NCBI GenBank assembly: GCA_042584585.1
Contig: JBHOSQ010000001.1
Location: 1-64,000 of the forward strand
Length of the DNA: 64,000 nucleotides
Reading direction: 5' to 3'
Origin: an archaeon
GTDB lineage: Archaea > B1Sed10-29 > WALL01
Positions 49,267 through 57,524 of the stretch are shown here, in pieces. A program made the translations under genes and the position numbers. Numbering within the stretch: position 1 is the first letter of the stretch; every line of letters starts with the position of its first letter. The notes beneath the pieces were generated by a model that was not told where the DNA came from, searched no databases, and saw only the letters and a list, made by a program, of their open reading frames with translations.

Positions 49267-50403
49267 CTAACAAGAGCCACTTGCACTGCCGGTAGCCGTG
49301 CCAATGGATTCGGCGCATGCCTCTGGCGTGTTGGTGAAGCCAGTGCATATGGAGGTCTTGTAGTCCTCCGGTGCGCGTCCGCCGTTGTGCTTCACGCCGT
49401 TGACGAAAACAGCAGGTGAGCCACTTACGTCTTTCTCGACGTTAAGCGCCCTCTCCGCAGCCATCAATGCAACGCCGTCCTCTTCCTGGCAGGTGCTTAC
49501 TGCGTCGGAGTCAACGTTGGCATCTTCGGCAGCATCGAGCCAGCAAGTGTTGATGTCCGAGAGCTGGCAGTTGTCGTACACATACTTGAGGTACTCCCAC
49601 AGCGTCGAGCTGTCGTAGTCCCTGGCGATGCAGGCCTGCCTGATGTTCTCGTTCAACTCGTCGATGCCGTGCATCGCGCACAAATTGCCGTCGTCGATAC
49701 AGTAGTCCTCGCCGCCACCGCGGTAGTTCTCGTAAATCACGAAATGCGGTGTCCAGTCAACAGAGTCGCCGAGCAGCTGGTAGACCGGCTCAAGCCCTTT
49801 CTCGGCCTGCTGGCCGTACGGGCAAAAGCTCATCACGAAAAACTCGACTTCCGGAACCGCCATGTCAGGCGCGTCAAAGCTCGCCGTCTGCGGGGTTTCG
49901 GGGGCCTGAGGCGCTTGCGCCTCAGGTGATTCCTCGACCTCGGCAACGCCGTAGAAAAACAGCTTGCCGTCCTTTGTCAAGTAGCCAACGACTTCGTCGT
50001 CGCCCGCGTCAGAAGACAGGATGATGTCAAGCTTGTACACGCCAGACTCTTCCTCGACGCTCGTGACTTTGGCAGTCACTCCCGGCGGAACCAGGTTCTG
50101 TGCGATGAACTCTTCCGAAATCTCGATGACTTCGGAGTCGGTCATACTTCCCGTTGCTCCGTCCAAGTAAACTATCTTTGGGACCTCAATGATGGAGGTT
50201 CCCGAGCCGGAAGCAAGCTTCGCCGCAGTCGCCGCCATGCCAATGATGACTATGGCCGCAACGATGACGATTGCCCAGTTCCACATGCTTGGCGTGACCT
50301 TGGTCTTTGCAAAGCTCACAGCTGAGCTTGGCTTCGCCTTGTGTGTGGGGGCGTGTTTAACCGGCTTTTTTGTTGTTTTCTTTTTTGTTGTTTTCTTTGC
50401 CAT
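49267..50403 (-). CDS. Membrane-anchored thioredoxin/DsbA-fold protein (CPYG)
   Basis: N-terminal TM; FVMSFCPYG, MHG..E, GSPAVFVNG. Confidence 0.75.
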   Translation of the reverse strand: MAKKTTKKKTTKKPVKHAPTHKAKPSSAVSFAKTKVTPSMWNWAIVIVAAIVIIGMAATAAKLASGSGTSIIEVPKIVYLDGATGSMTDSEVIEISEEFIAQNLVPPGVTAKVTSVEEESGVYKLDIILSSDAGDDEVVGYLTKDGKLFFYGVAEVEESPEAQAPQAPETPQTASFDAPDMAVPEVEFFVMSFCPYGQQAEKGLEPVYQLLGDSVDWTPHFVIYENYRGGGEDYCIDDGNLCAMHGIDELNENIRQACIARDYDSSTLWEYLKYVYDNCQLSDINTCWLDAAEDANVDSDAVSTCQEEDGVALMAAERALNVEKDVSGSPAVFVNGVKHNGGRAPEDYKTSICTGFTNTPEACAESIGTATGSASGSC

Positions 50404-50434
50404 TCTATATCCCTCGCGAAGGGGTTTTTACGGA

Positions 50435-50548
50435 TGGGCGTGCCGAGATTTGAACTCGGGACCTCCGGTTGTCTCCGGCTCGCGGCCGAATGTCTGGAAC
50501 GCTGCCATATAAGACCGGCGCTCTGAAACCAGGCTAAGCTACACGCCC
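50435..50548 (-). tRNA. tRNA-Ile(UAU) with 37-nt intron at 37/38 (50471-50507)
   Basis: GGGCGTG...CCGGT CT TAT A [intron] A ACCGG...CCGAG TTCAAAT CTCGG CACGCCC A; relaxed bulge-helix-bulge. Confidence 0.9.
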
Positions 50549-50587
50549 CTCCCGCTGGGAGAATTGAGTTGTTTGTTTTTAAAAAGG

Positions 50588-51346
50588 TTAGCCTTTAGTG
50601 ATGAGGTATTCCTTGCAGTGTTCCCTCAGGGCGTTGCGCAGCTTGAGCTGGTAGTCCTTGCCCGACTCGACCACATCCTCCGGATTTTCCGGAAAGAATG
50701 TCTTCTCGACCTTTACGTCTATCGCCGGAAAGTACCTGTTAAGCGAGGAACTCAGTATATCATCGATGAACGAGTCGAGGTCCACGTGCGACCCCCTCCC
50801 CCTATTCTCGTGCTTTCTTACTATCTTTCCCACTTCAGTGACGACGCGTGACCTCTGGGCATTTTCGGGGTTTTCGGTGCTGTCAATAATGACGTTAATC
50901 AAATCAATCGGGTTTTTCTTGAGCTCGCTGATTGGCACGGAACCCGAGGGCGGGGGCGGCAGAGGCCTAGTGCTTTCGTCCTTTTCGTAAACGGGCTGAT
51001 CGTCTTCCGCCTCCCCCTCGTAGGTAGGAGCAGTGGGGTTTTCCAGCTCTTCGGATGTTAGCTCGATTTCGCCCATCTCGGACTTTTCTAGGAGGAGGCC
51101 ATCCATGAAGGGCTTTGTCACCGCGAGATATGACTGCTTGGCGTTCATGCCTTTTTCCGACGCAGTCACAAGGGCCTCGGCCATGTCCTTGCGAAGATCT
51201 CTGACCACGGCAAGCGAATAGTCCCGCACCTTGCCGTTTGGGTCGACCTTGTTCCGGCCGAGATGGTGGTCCCTCACAGTTTTGGGGATAAGGCTGAGAC
51301 TCAAAAACTTCTTCATGCTCATCTCGTGATGCAGTCCTTCCACCAT
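50588..51346 (-). CDS. Hypothetical protein
   Basis: ORF with an acidic/Pro-rich linker; start set using the upstream TATA. Confidence 0.65.
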   Translation of the reverse strand: MVEGLHHEMSMKKFLSLSLIPKTVRDHHLGRNKVDPNGKVRDYSLAVVRDLRKDMAEALVTASEKGMNAKQSYLAVTKPFMDGLLLEKSEMGEIELTSEELENPTAPTYEGEAEDDQPVYEKDESTRPLPPPPSGSVPISELKKNPIDLINVIIDSTENPENAQRSRVVTEVGKIVRKHENRGRGSHVDLDSFIDDILSSSLNRYFPAIDVKVEKTFFPENPEDVVESGKDYQLKLRNALREHCKEYLITKG

Positions 51347-51419
51347 TGTGCATAATTTTGGCAAGCCCCGAATATAAACCATTAGGTATAAAAACCGCGG
51401 CGCGGCTAATCCGAGTCAC

Positions 51420-52043
51420 ATGATTATAGACCTAGAGACACGGCGGCAGGCAGTACACCTGTTTTCCGGATTGTTCTTTGCTTCCGTTGTCCACTTGACG
51501 ACAATGGAGGAAGGTTTCGCTTTCCTTGGAATCGCGGCGCTCCTGACGTTCGCGTTCTCAAAAATGATTAAGGGCGGAAAAAAGGTTCCGTTCTTGTCGT
51601 GGCTGGTCGACAAGACCGAGCGCAAGGGCAAGCCGCCCGCGTCCGGGGTCACTTGGTACTTCCTTGGAGTGCTGTTTATTTTCGTGGCGTCAATGTACTT
51701 GGGCATCGCAAAAGAGTTTGTGGTCGCCGCCATGCTAATCGTCGCGATTGGCGACTCGATTTGCACTGGGCTCGGAAGAAAAATCGGGCGCAAGAAACTG
51801 CCGCGCACTAAAACAAAAAGCTACGAGGGGAGCCTCGTCGGTTTCGGCGCAGCGTTTTTCGGAGCGGCTTTTGTTTTGAAATTGTTGTTGCCGACGACTG
51901 AGGCAATGATAATCGCTGGCGCGGGCGCAATCGTGGGAATGATTGCGGAAGCGTACCTGACAATGATTGACGACAACCTGTCAATCCCAATCCTGGCGTG
52001 GCTAGCAATGGTAATTGCCGCCAGTGTGATTGGCGCGCTATAA
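51420..52043 (+). CDS. Dolichol kinase/phytol kinase (SEC59/VTE5)-like polyprenol kinase
   Basis: RRQAVH, GDSICTGLG, KSYEGS, DDNLSIP. Confidence 0.88.
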   Translation: MIIDLETRRQAVHLFSGLFFASVVHLTTMEEGFAFLGIAALLTFAFSKMIKGGKKVPFLSWLVDKTERKGKPPASGVTWYFLGVLFIFVASMYLGIAKEFVVAAMLIVAIGDSICTGLGRKIGRKKLPRTKTKSYEGSLVGFGAAFFGAAFVLKLLLPTTEAMIIAGAGAIVGMIAEAYLTMIDDNLSIPILAWLAMVIAASVIGAL

Positions 52044-52085
52044 CACGCCTGCTTTTTTAATTGCAAACTTCATAGAGTATCAGTA

Positions 52086-53345
52086 ATGGGCATGCATGAG
52101 TTCAGGCAGCGTTACGGCAGGGGCATAAGTGCATCACCCATCGAATTGCATTCCCGCATCGAGGGATACATTGGGAACTTGTCAAGAAAAGGCACGCAGC
52201 GAGCCACGCGGGACATAGAGCTCATTCGTGACATCCAAGACTATGACAGGCGAGGAACGCCTTTGGATTATATCACGCTTCAGGCCCACCTCGTTGAGGA
52301 AGCTGGGACACGTGACGGCGATGCGTTAAAGCCCTACGCCAACACTTTTTCCAGCCTCTGCAGGAAACAAGATTTTTTCACTGGTCAGGAGAAACAGACC
52401 CCGATTGTCAAGGGCAAGGCGTACATACACTTTAGCGGGGTTTGTAGCAGGAATCTCTTGAAGCGCATTCCGGATTTGCTGAAAAAGAAAAAAACGCCAA
52501 TCACGATTCCTGAGATGATGGAGTCGCTCTCACTGGAGAACAAGAGCTACGACAAGAGCTCACTAATCACAGCACTCAATGTTTTGGACGTGCTGGGCGT
52601 GGTGAACAAGCTACCGTTGCACTCGACCGCGGGAAAGGCAAAGCACTTCAGTTACGTGCACGCGGATTACGCGATGCCGTTGCCCACCGAAAACTGTCCG
52701 TTTTCAATAATGCAGGCGTTGTACGACGGGCCAAAAGGAAAAACTGACATCACGCGCCACGCCTCGATGCAGAAGTTTGAGTTCCTCCAGCAGTACACCC
52801 CCACTACACCTTACAAGGGAGCGGATACGCAGGTCGCGGAAATAAACCACGCTATCAGCGGGCTGGCCGACGAGGGACTTATCACGTTCAAGAAAGCGCC
52901 CCCGTCAAAGAAAGGAATCAAGTTCCTTTACACACTCACGCGCACAGGCAAGCGGCTCATGAAAAAAGCCTTGGAGACCGAAGAACTAAGCGAAGAGTTC
53001 CGCCAAAAGCTGCTTGGGACCAAGCAATACGAAAAGCTAACCAAAATGGAAAAGGGCCGTGTTGCAGAGATCACCAGATGGGCCAACATAATGATGACTG
53101 CCGAGCAAATAGCCGAGCCCAGTGAAGGCGGAACCAGGCGGAAGAGAGGGACGGGCGCACTCGCGGTCGCCAAAAAGCTGAAGATGAGCAGGAGGTACGT
53201 CCAAAACGTGATGGAGATTGGCTCGCGCCCAGCCACCCTAACCCGCTCAGGGCCAGAGCGGCTGGAACGGATACTATTTCACATCCCCTCCCCAGAGATT
53301 AAGCTGTGGCTCACTGACTACTTGAAGAAAAACAAGATGCTATAG
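52086..53345 (+). CDS. Orphan with probable winged-helix domains
   Basis: HAISGLADEGLI...YTLTRTGKRL and ALNVLDVLGVV patterns. Confidence 0.6.
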   Translation: MGMHEFRQRYGRGISASPIELHSRIEGYIGNLSRKGTQRATRDIELIRDIQDYDRRGTPLDYITLQAHLVEEAGTRDGDALKPYANTFSSLCRKQDFFTGQEKQTPIVKGKAYIHFSGVCSRNLLKRIPDLLKKKKTPITIPEMMESLSLENKSYDKSSLITALNVLDVLGVVNKLPLHSTAGKAKHFSYVHADYAMPLPTENCPFSIMQALYDGPKGKTDITRHASMQKFEFLQQYTPTTPYKGADTQVAEINHAISGLADEGLITFKKAPPSKKGIKFLYTLTRTGKRLMKKALETEELSEEFRQKLLGTKQYEKLTKMEKGRVAEITRWANIMMTAEQIAEPSEGGTRRKRGTGALAVAKKLKMSRRYVQNVMEIGSRPATLTRSGPERLERILFHIPSPEIKLWLTDYLKKNKML

Positions 53346-53357
53346 CATGCTCTTTAT

Positions 53358-53415
53358 CAGCCCTTTTTCTGTTACTCGCTAGCGCTCGCTCGATGAAAAA
53401 GCGCTGGCGGAAAAG
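53358..53415. repeat. Palindromic element, family 2
   Basis: CAGCCCTTTTTCTGTTAC...CGATGAAAAAGCGCTGGCGGAAAA; a second copy lies at 59168. Confidence 0.75.
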
Positions 53416-53416
53416 C

Positions 53417-53878
53417 TCAAAGCATGCTTTTTATCAAGTCACTTCGCGTGACGAGGCCCACCAATTTGTCGTCCTCGATTACTGGGACGTGTGTGAGGTT
53501 TGCTTCGGTCATCAAGTCCGCGACTTCCGACACGTGGGTCGACGGAGCGACTGTCACGACTTCTGGGCTCATGACTGTTTCTGCCGTTGCCTTGCGGAGC
53601 TTCTCGAACTCCTTGCGGACCTCGTAGACCTCTTGCTTGGCGTCAAGGACTGCCTCGATGAAGTCGAAGGGCGCGGGGAGCCAAAGCTTGCCGCCGAACT
53701 CGTGGAGTTCCATGAAGTCCAGCAGGTCATATTCCGTGATGATGCCGACCAACTGGTGCTTTTTGACGACGGGCACGCCGCGAATGCGATGCTTCCTGAA
53801 CAATTCCACGACCTCGTGGACCGTAGTGTCCGCATCAACCGTTTTTGGGTTTTTGGTCATAATCTCCTTGACAAGCAT
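53417..53878 (-). CDS. CBS domain protein
   Basis: VKEIMTKNP, GVPVV...LVGIIT, VMSPEV, LVGLVTRSDL. Confidence 0.93.
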   Translation of the reverse strand: MLVKEIMTKNPKTVDADTTVHEVVELFRKHRIRGVPVVKKHQLVGIITEYDLLDFMELHEFGGKLWLPAPFDFIEAVLDAKQEVYEVRKEFEKLRKATAETVMSPEVVTVAPSTHVSEVADLMTEANLTHVPVIEDDKLVGLVTRSDLIKSML

Positions 53879-53944
53879 GAAAAACCGTTACTATCCAAAA
53901 GTATTTAAACCATAACCATTACAATACTCGCCTTGGTGGTTACC

Positions 53945-54232
53945 ATGAAAGTAAACGAACTACAAGTAAGGCAGGCATGCGACAGCATCGAACTGGAAAT
54001 CGTCGACTTGGACGAGCCCAGGGAATGGAGCAACGCCCGCGGAAACGGCAATGTGTGCAGCGCCACAGCAAAGGACGACACCGGCGAAGTCAAGATCACC
54101 CTTTGGAACGACGACATCGGAAAAGTCAAGAAAGGCGACAAGATTATCATTGAAAACGGATGGGTAGGCGAATACCAGGGCGACAAGCAACTGTCAACCG
54201 GGCGATTCGGCAAGCTCACCGTCAAAGAATAA
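53945..54232 (+). CDS. Single OB-fold ssDNA-binding protein (SSB/RPA-like)
   Basis: DDTGEVKITLWN, IENGWVGEYQG..QLSTGRFG. Confidence 0.88.
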   Translation: MKVNELQVRQACDSIELEIVDLDEPREWSNARGNGNVCSATAKDDTGEVKITLWNDDIGKVKKGDKIIIENGWVGEYQGDKQLSTGRFGKLTVKE

Positions 54233-54240
54233 TCGCCTCT

Positions 54241-54293
54241 GCCTCTGGAGGCCTTGTGCCTCCAAGTCTAACGTGCCAGCTGAGTTTCAGCTG
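54241..54293. repeat. REP-like element, family 1 (two-hairpin form)
   Basis: GCCTCTGG-AGGCCTTGTGCCT-CCAAGTCTAACGTGC-CAGCTGAGTTTCAGCTG. Confidence 0.8.
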
Positions 54294-54296
54294 TAA

Positions 54297-54920
54297 TCAG
54301 CCAAGAATCGTGTCCAGAAGCTCGTACGCCTTTAGGGCGTCCTTCTTCTCCAGGACAAACACTGTGTCAGTATAGCACGAATAATATTCCCTAATGTTAA
54401 TGCCGTCACGGGCCAACAATTCGGTCAGGAAGGCAACCCACCCCGGCGTCGACTCAATCCCCTCCGGCGAAGTCAACATCAAAATGTACTGGTTTTTTGC
54501 CGACTCAATCACGTTCTTCGCGCCGATTGCCGTCTTTACCTCACCCAAATTCTTTTGGTTAATTATCAAAGTGATGGCGCTAGCAGAGCTAATCATCGAA
54601 AACTCCGTGCCCAAAATCTTTGAGACCTTCTGCGCCGCAAGCAGCGAGTCAAGCGAAGGCCGCAGAATCAAAACCGCCACATCGCTCTTCAAAACCAACT
54701 GCGTCCCCGAAAACAACTTCTTCAATCCCTTTGAGTAGTCGTGGTACTCCAGCTGCTCCGCGTACCGGCGCACCGCCGCCTTTACAGCCGCTTCGCCGGC
54801 CTTGACGCCCAATTTCTTGGCAATCGCCGAATGGTTCGCGATGCCGTACTTGATTGCCTGCTTCATGTACGGGTTCGCGTCCAACGCAGCGAAAACCTGC
54901 TTAGTCACACTTTGTTTCAT
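54297..54920 (-). CDS. HTH + ACT-domain regulator of amino-acid metabolism
   Basis: GIANHSAIAKKL...AVKAAVRR; TPGWVAFLTELLARDGINI..SCYTD; divergent from argG. Confidence 0.8.
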   Translation of the reverse strand: MKQSVTKQVFAALDANPYMKQAIKYGIANHSAIAKKLGVKAGEAAVKAAVRRYAEQLEYHDYSKGLKKLFSGTQLVLKSDVAVLILRPSLDSLLAAQKVSKILGTEFSMISSASAITLIINQKNLGEVKTAIGAKNVIESAKNQYILMLTSPEGIESTPGWVAFLTELLARDGINIREYYSCYTDTVFVLEKKDALKAYELLDTILG

Positions 54921-54993
54921 TCTATACACCTTTTGTCTATTCTGCGTCATTTATGCCGAAAATGATATATAAAGATTTCGGGACAATATGGGC

Positions 54994-55029
54994 ATGGGCT
55001 CTGGAAGTCCGATTGCAGAGAGGCGCTGA
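54994..55029 (+). promoter_or_regulatory. Candidate leader uORF MGSGSPIAERR in the argG 5' leader
   Basis: ATG at the predicted TSS ~22 nt after ATATATAA (54965-54972). Ends AGG CGC TGA inside the hairpin GGCGC-TGAA-GCGCC. Confidence 0.4.
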
Positions 55030-55068
55030 AGCGCCCCTGGTTCTATGTAGCGTGTGGGGTTGAACAAA

Positions 55069-56298
55069 ATGGATTTAGTTGAAAAAATAAAGTCAAAAGT
55101 TGTTGCGGGCCAGTACGATGGCGTGGAAAAAGTGGTCCTCGCGTACAGTGGTGGGGTCGACACGAGCGTCATGATCCCGCTAATCCAGGACGTGTGCGGC
55201 GCGGAAGTCGTCGCGGTCACGATTGGATTGGGGCAGGAAGAGTACAGCGGCAGCGGCTGGAAAAAAGCGAAGGAAAAGGCAGAAGTCCTTGACGCGAAGT
55301 ACTACTTTTTTGACGCGACCCAGGAGTTTGTGGAGGGCCCGTGCTGGCAGGCCGTGAAGGCGAACTGTTTGTACCAGGGGACGTACCCGAATTCCACTGC
55401 GCTGGGACGGCCGATTATTGTCGAGAAGCTAGTGGAGGTCGCGCAGCAGGAGGGCGCGGACGCAATTGCACACGGCTGCACCGGAAAAGGAAACGACCAG
55501 GTGCGCTTCGACGTTTGCATTCACTCGCTGATGCCGGAAGCGAAAATAATCGCGCCGGTGCGTGACTGGAACTTGGGCCGCGACGAGGAAATCGTGTGGG
55601 CCACGAGCCAGGGAATTCATTTGCCGGTGAAGGCGCACAGCCCTTACTCGGTGGACAGCAACATTTGGGGCAAGTCAAGCGAGTGCGGGCCGCTGGAGAA
55701 CCCGGCGAATGAGCCGCCAGAAGACGTGTTCGACTGGGTGGCGCTGCCCGAAAACACGCCGGACGTTCCCGAGACGGTTACTGTCAAGTTCGAGGGCGGG
55801 CAGCCGGTCGGCGGCGTGGAGACGCTCAAGAAATTGAACGAGTTGGGCGCGAAGCACGGCATCGGAATAATTGACGCCATGGAGGACCGGACAATCGGGC
55901 TGAAGAGCCGTGAGATTTACGAGTGCCCGGGCTCGACGATGCTGCTCAACGCGCACAAGGACCTGGAGAAGTACGTGTTCACGAAGGAAGAGAACCACTT
56001 CAAGCCGTTCGTCGACAAGCAGTGGGCCGAGATGGTCTACTACGGGCTGTGGTTCAACCCATTGATGGACTCGATGAACGCGTTTATCGACGAGTCGCAG
56101 AAAAAGGTGACGGGCGAAGTGACGCTGAAGCTGTTCAAAGGCCAGGCAAAAGTAGTCGGAAGAAAGAGCGGCAACGCGATTTACGACCACGACCTGATCA
56201 AGTACTCGGCGGACAGCTCGTTCGACCAATTGCACTCACACGGGTTTATCAAGCTGTGGGGGTTGAACACCGTAACGGCCAAGAAGGTGATGGTGTGA
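55069..56298 (+). CDS. argG: Argininosuccinate synthase
   Basis: LAYSGGVDTS, HGCTGKGNDQVRF, KSREIYECP. Confidence 0.97.
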   Translation: MDLVEKIKSKVVAGQYDGVEKVVLAYSGGVDTSVMIPLIQDVCGAEVVAVTIGLGQEEYSGSGWKKAKEKAEVLDAKYYFFDATQEFVEGPCWQAVKANCLYQGTYPNSTALGRPIIVEKLVEVAQQEGADAIAHGCTGKGNDQVRFDVCIHSLMPEAKIIAPVRDWNLGRDEEIVWATSQGIHLPVKAHSPYSVDSNIWGKSSECGPLENPANEPPEDVFDWVALPENTPDVPETVTVKFEGGQPVGGVETLKKLNELGAKHGIGIIDAMEDRTIGLKSREIYECPGSTMLLNAHKDLEKYVFTKEENHFKPFVDKQWAEMVYYGLWFNPLMDSMNAFIDESQKKVTGEVTLKLFKGQAKVVGRKSGNAIYDHDLIKYSADSSFDQLHSHGFIKLWGLNTVTAKKVMV

Positions 56299-57521
56299 AG
56301 GTATGGAGCAAGAACGGCGAAGACGTTTCGAAGAGTATTGAAGAGTTCACGGCGGGAAAGGACGTCGAGCTCGACAAGCAGCTCTTGAAGTACGACGTAG
56401 CGGCAAGCATTGCGCACGCCAAGATGCTTCACAAGATTGGCGTGGTCAGCGAAGAGGAGTTAAATGAATTGCTGGCGGCGCTGGAAAAGGCGAAGTCGAT
56501 GGAGTTGGACCCGGCGCTCGAGGACGTGCACGCAAACGTCGAGGCGTTCGTCACGAAAGAAACCCCAGCGGGGAAAAAGCTGCACACCGCGCGCTCGCGG
56601 AACGATTTGGTTGCTACTGACATGCTGTTGTACAGCAAGGAAAAATTAGTGGAAACAGTGAAGGTCTTGAAGGAGTTGGCGGGGGAACTGCAAGCCCTCC
56701 CGCCTCTCCCCGTGCCCGGATTCACGCACATGCAGAAGGCCATGCCGACGACGCTGGAGCACTGGGGGTGCAGCCACGCGGAGTCCTTGGTGAACGACTG
56801 CGAGTACATTGATGCGACGATTAAAGTTATTGACAAGTGCCCGCTCGGCGCGTGCGCGGGTTTTGGGTCCGTGTTTCCTGTGGACCGTGAGATGCTCGCG
56901 GAAGAGCTCGGGTTTTCGGGCGTGCACTGGAACACCCTTAGTGCTGTTAATTCGCGCGGCAAGAATTCCTCCTTTGCTTTGAACGCGCTGGCGGCGGTAG
57001 GCCTTGACTTAAGTAAGTTGGCTCAGGACCTACTGCTGCTTTATTTATTGGACATGGTGTCGTTCGACGACAGCGTGTGCACTGGTAGCAGCGTGATGCC
57101 GCAAAAAAAGAATTGTGACGCGCTTGAATTGGTGAAGGCGAAGGCCAGCGTGGTCATGGGGCTGCAGGCCGCGATGCTCGGGGTTTGCGTTGGGCTGCCG
57201 TCGGGATACAACCGTGACGAGCAAGAAACCAAAAAGCTGTTGATGCAGGCGTTCGGCGAAATCATTCCCGCCGTGAAAGCGGTGTCGGAGGTTGTGGCGG
57301 CCATGGAGCCACACCCCGACAAGATGCTTGCCGGGTGCAGCGAAGAAGTTCTTGCTACTGACAAGGCCGCGCTCGAGGCGTTGAAGGGAACGCCGTGGCG
57401 TGACGCGTACAAAAGCAACGCGGGCAGCATTTCTGTGGAGGACAGCATTGGAATGAAAAAAGTGCAGGGCTTCCCGGGAAACCCCTCGAAACCATTAAAA
57501 AAGACGGAAACGAAGTCTTAG
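56295..57521 (+). CDS. argH: Argininosuccinate lyase
   Basis: EDVH, HTARSRND, PGFTHMQKA, TGSSVMPQKKN, GYNRD. GTG start overlaps the argG stop. Confidence 0.95.
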   Translation: MKVWSKNGEDVSKSIEEFTAGKDVELDKQLLKYDVAASIAHAKMLHKIGVVSEEELNELLAALEKAKSMELDPALEDVHANVEAFVTKETPAGKKLHTARSRNDLVATDMLLYSKEKLVETVKVLKELAGELQALPPLPVPGFTHMQKAMPTTLEHWGCSHAESLVNDCEYIDATIKVIDKCPLGACAGFGSVFPVDREMLAEELGFSGVHWNTLSAVNSRGKNSSFALNALAAVGLDLSKLAQDLLLLYLLDMVSFDDSVCTGSSVMPQKKNCDALELVKAKASVVMGLQAAMLGVCVGLPSGYNRDEQETKKLLMQAFGEIIPAVKAVSEVVAAMEPHPDKMLAGCSEEVLATDKAALEALKGTPWRDAYKSNAGSISVEDSIGMKKVQGFPGNPSKPLKKTETKS

Positions 57522-57524
57522 GGT

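Noticed and set aside
54995-55040. Glycine riboswitch (CUCUGGA, CGCUGAAG)
   Set aside because: Only fragments match; the P2/P3 architecture and CUCUCAGG are missing.
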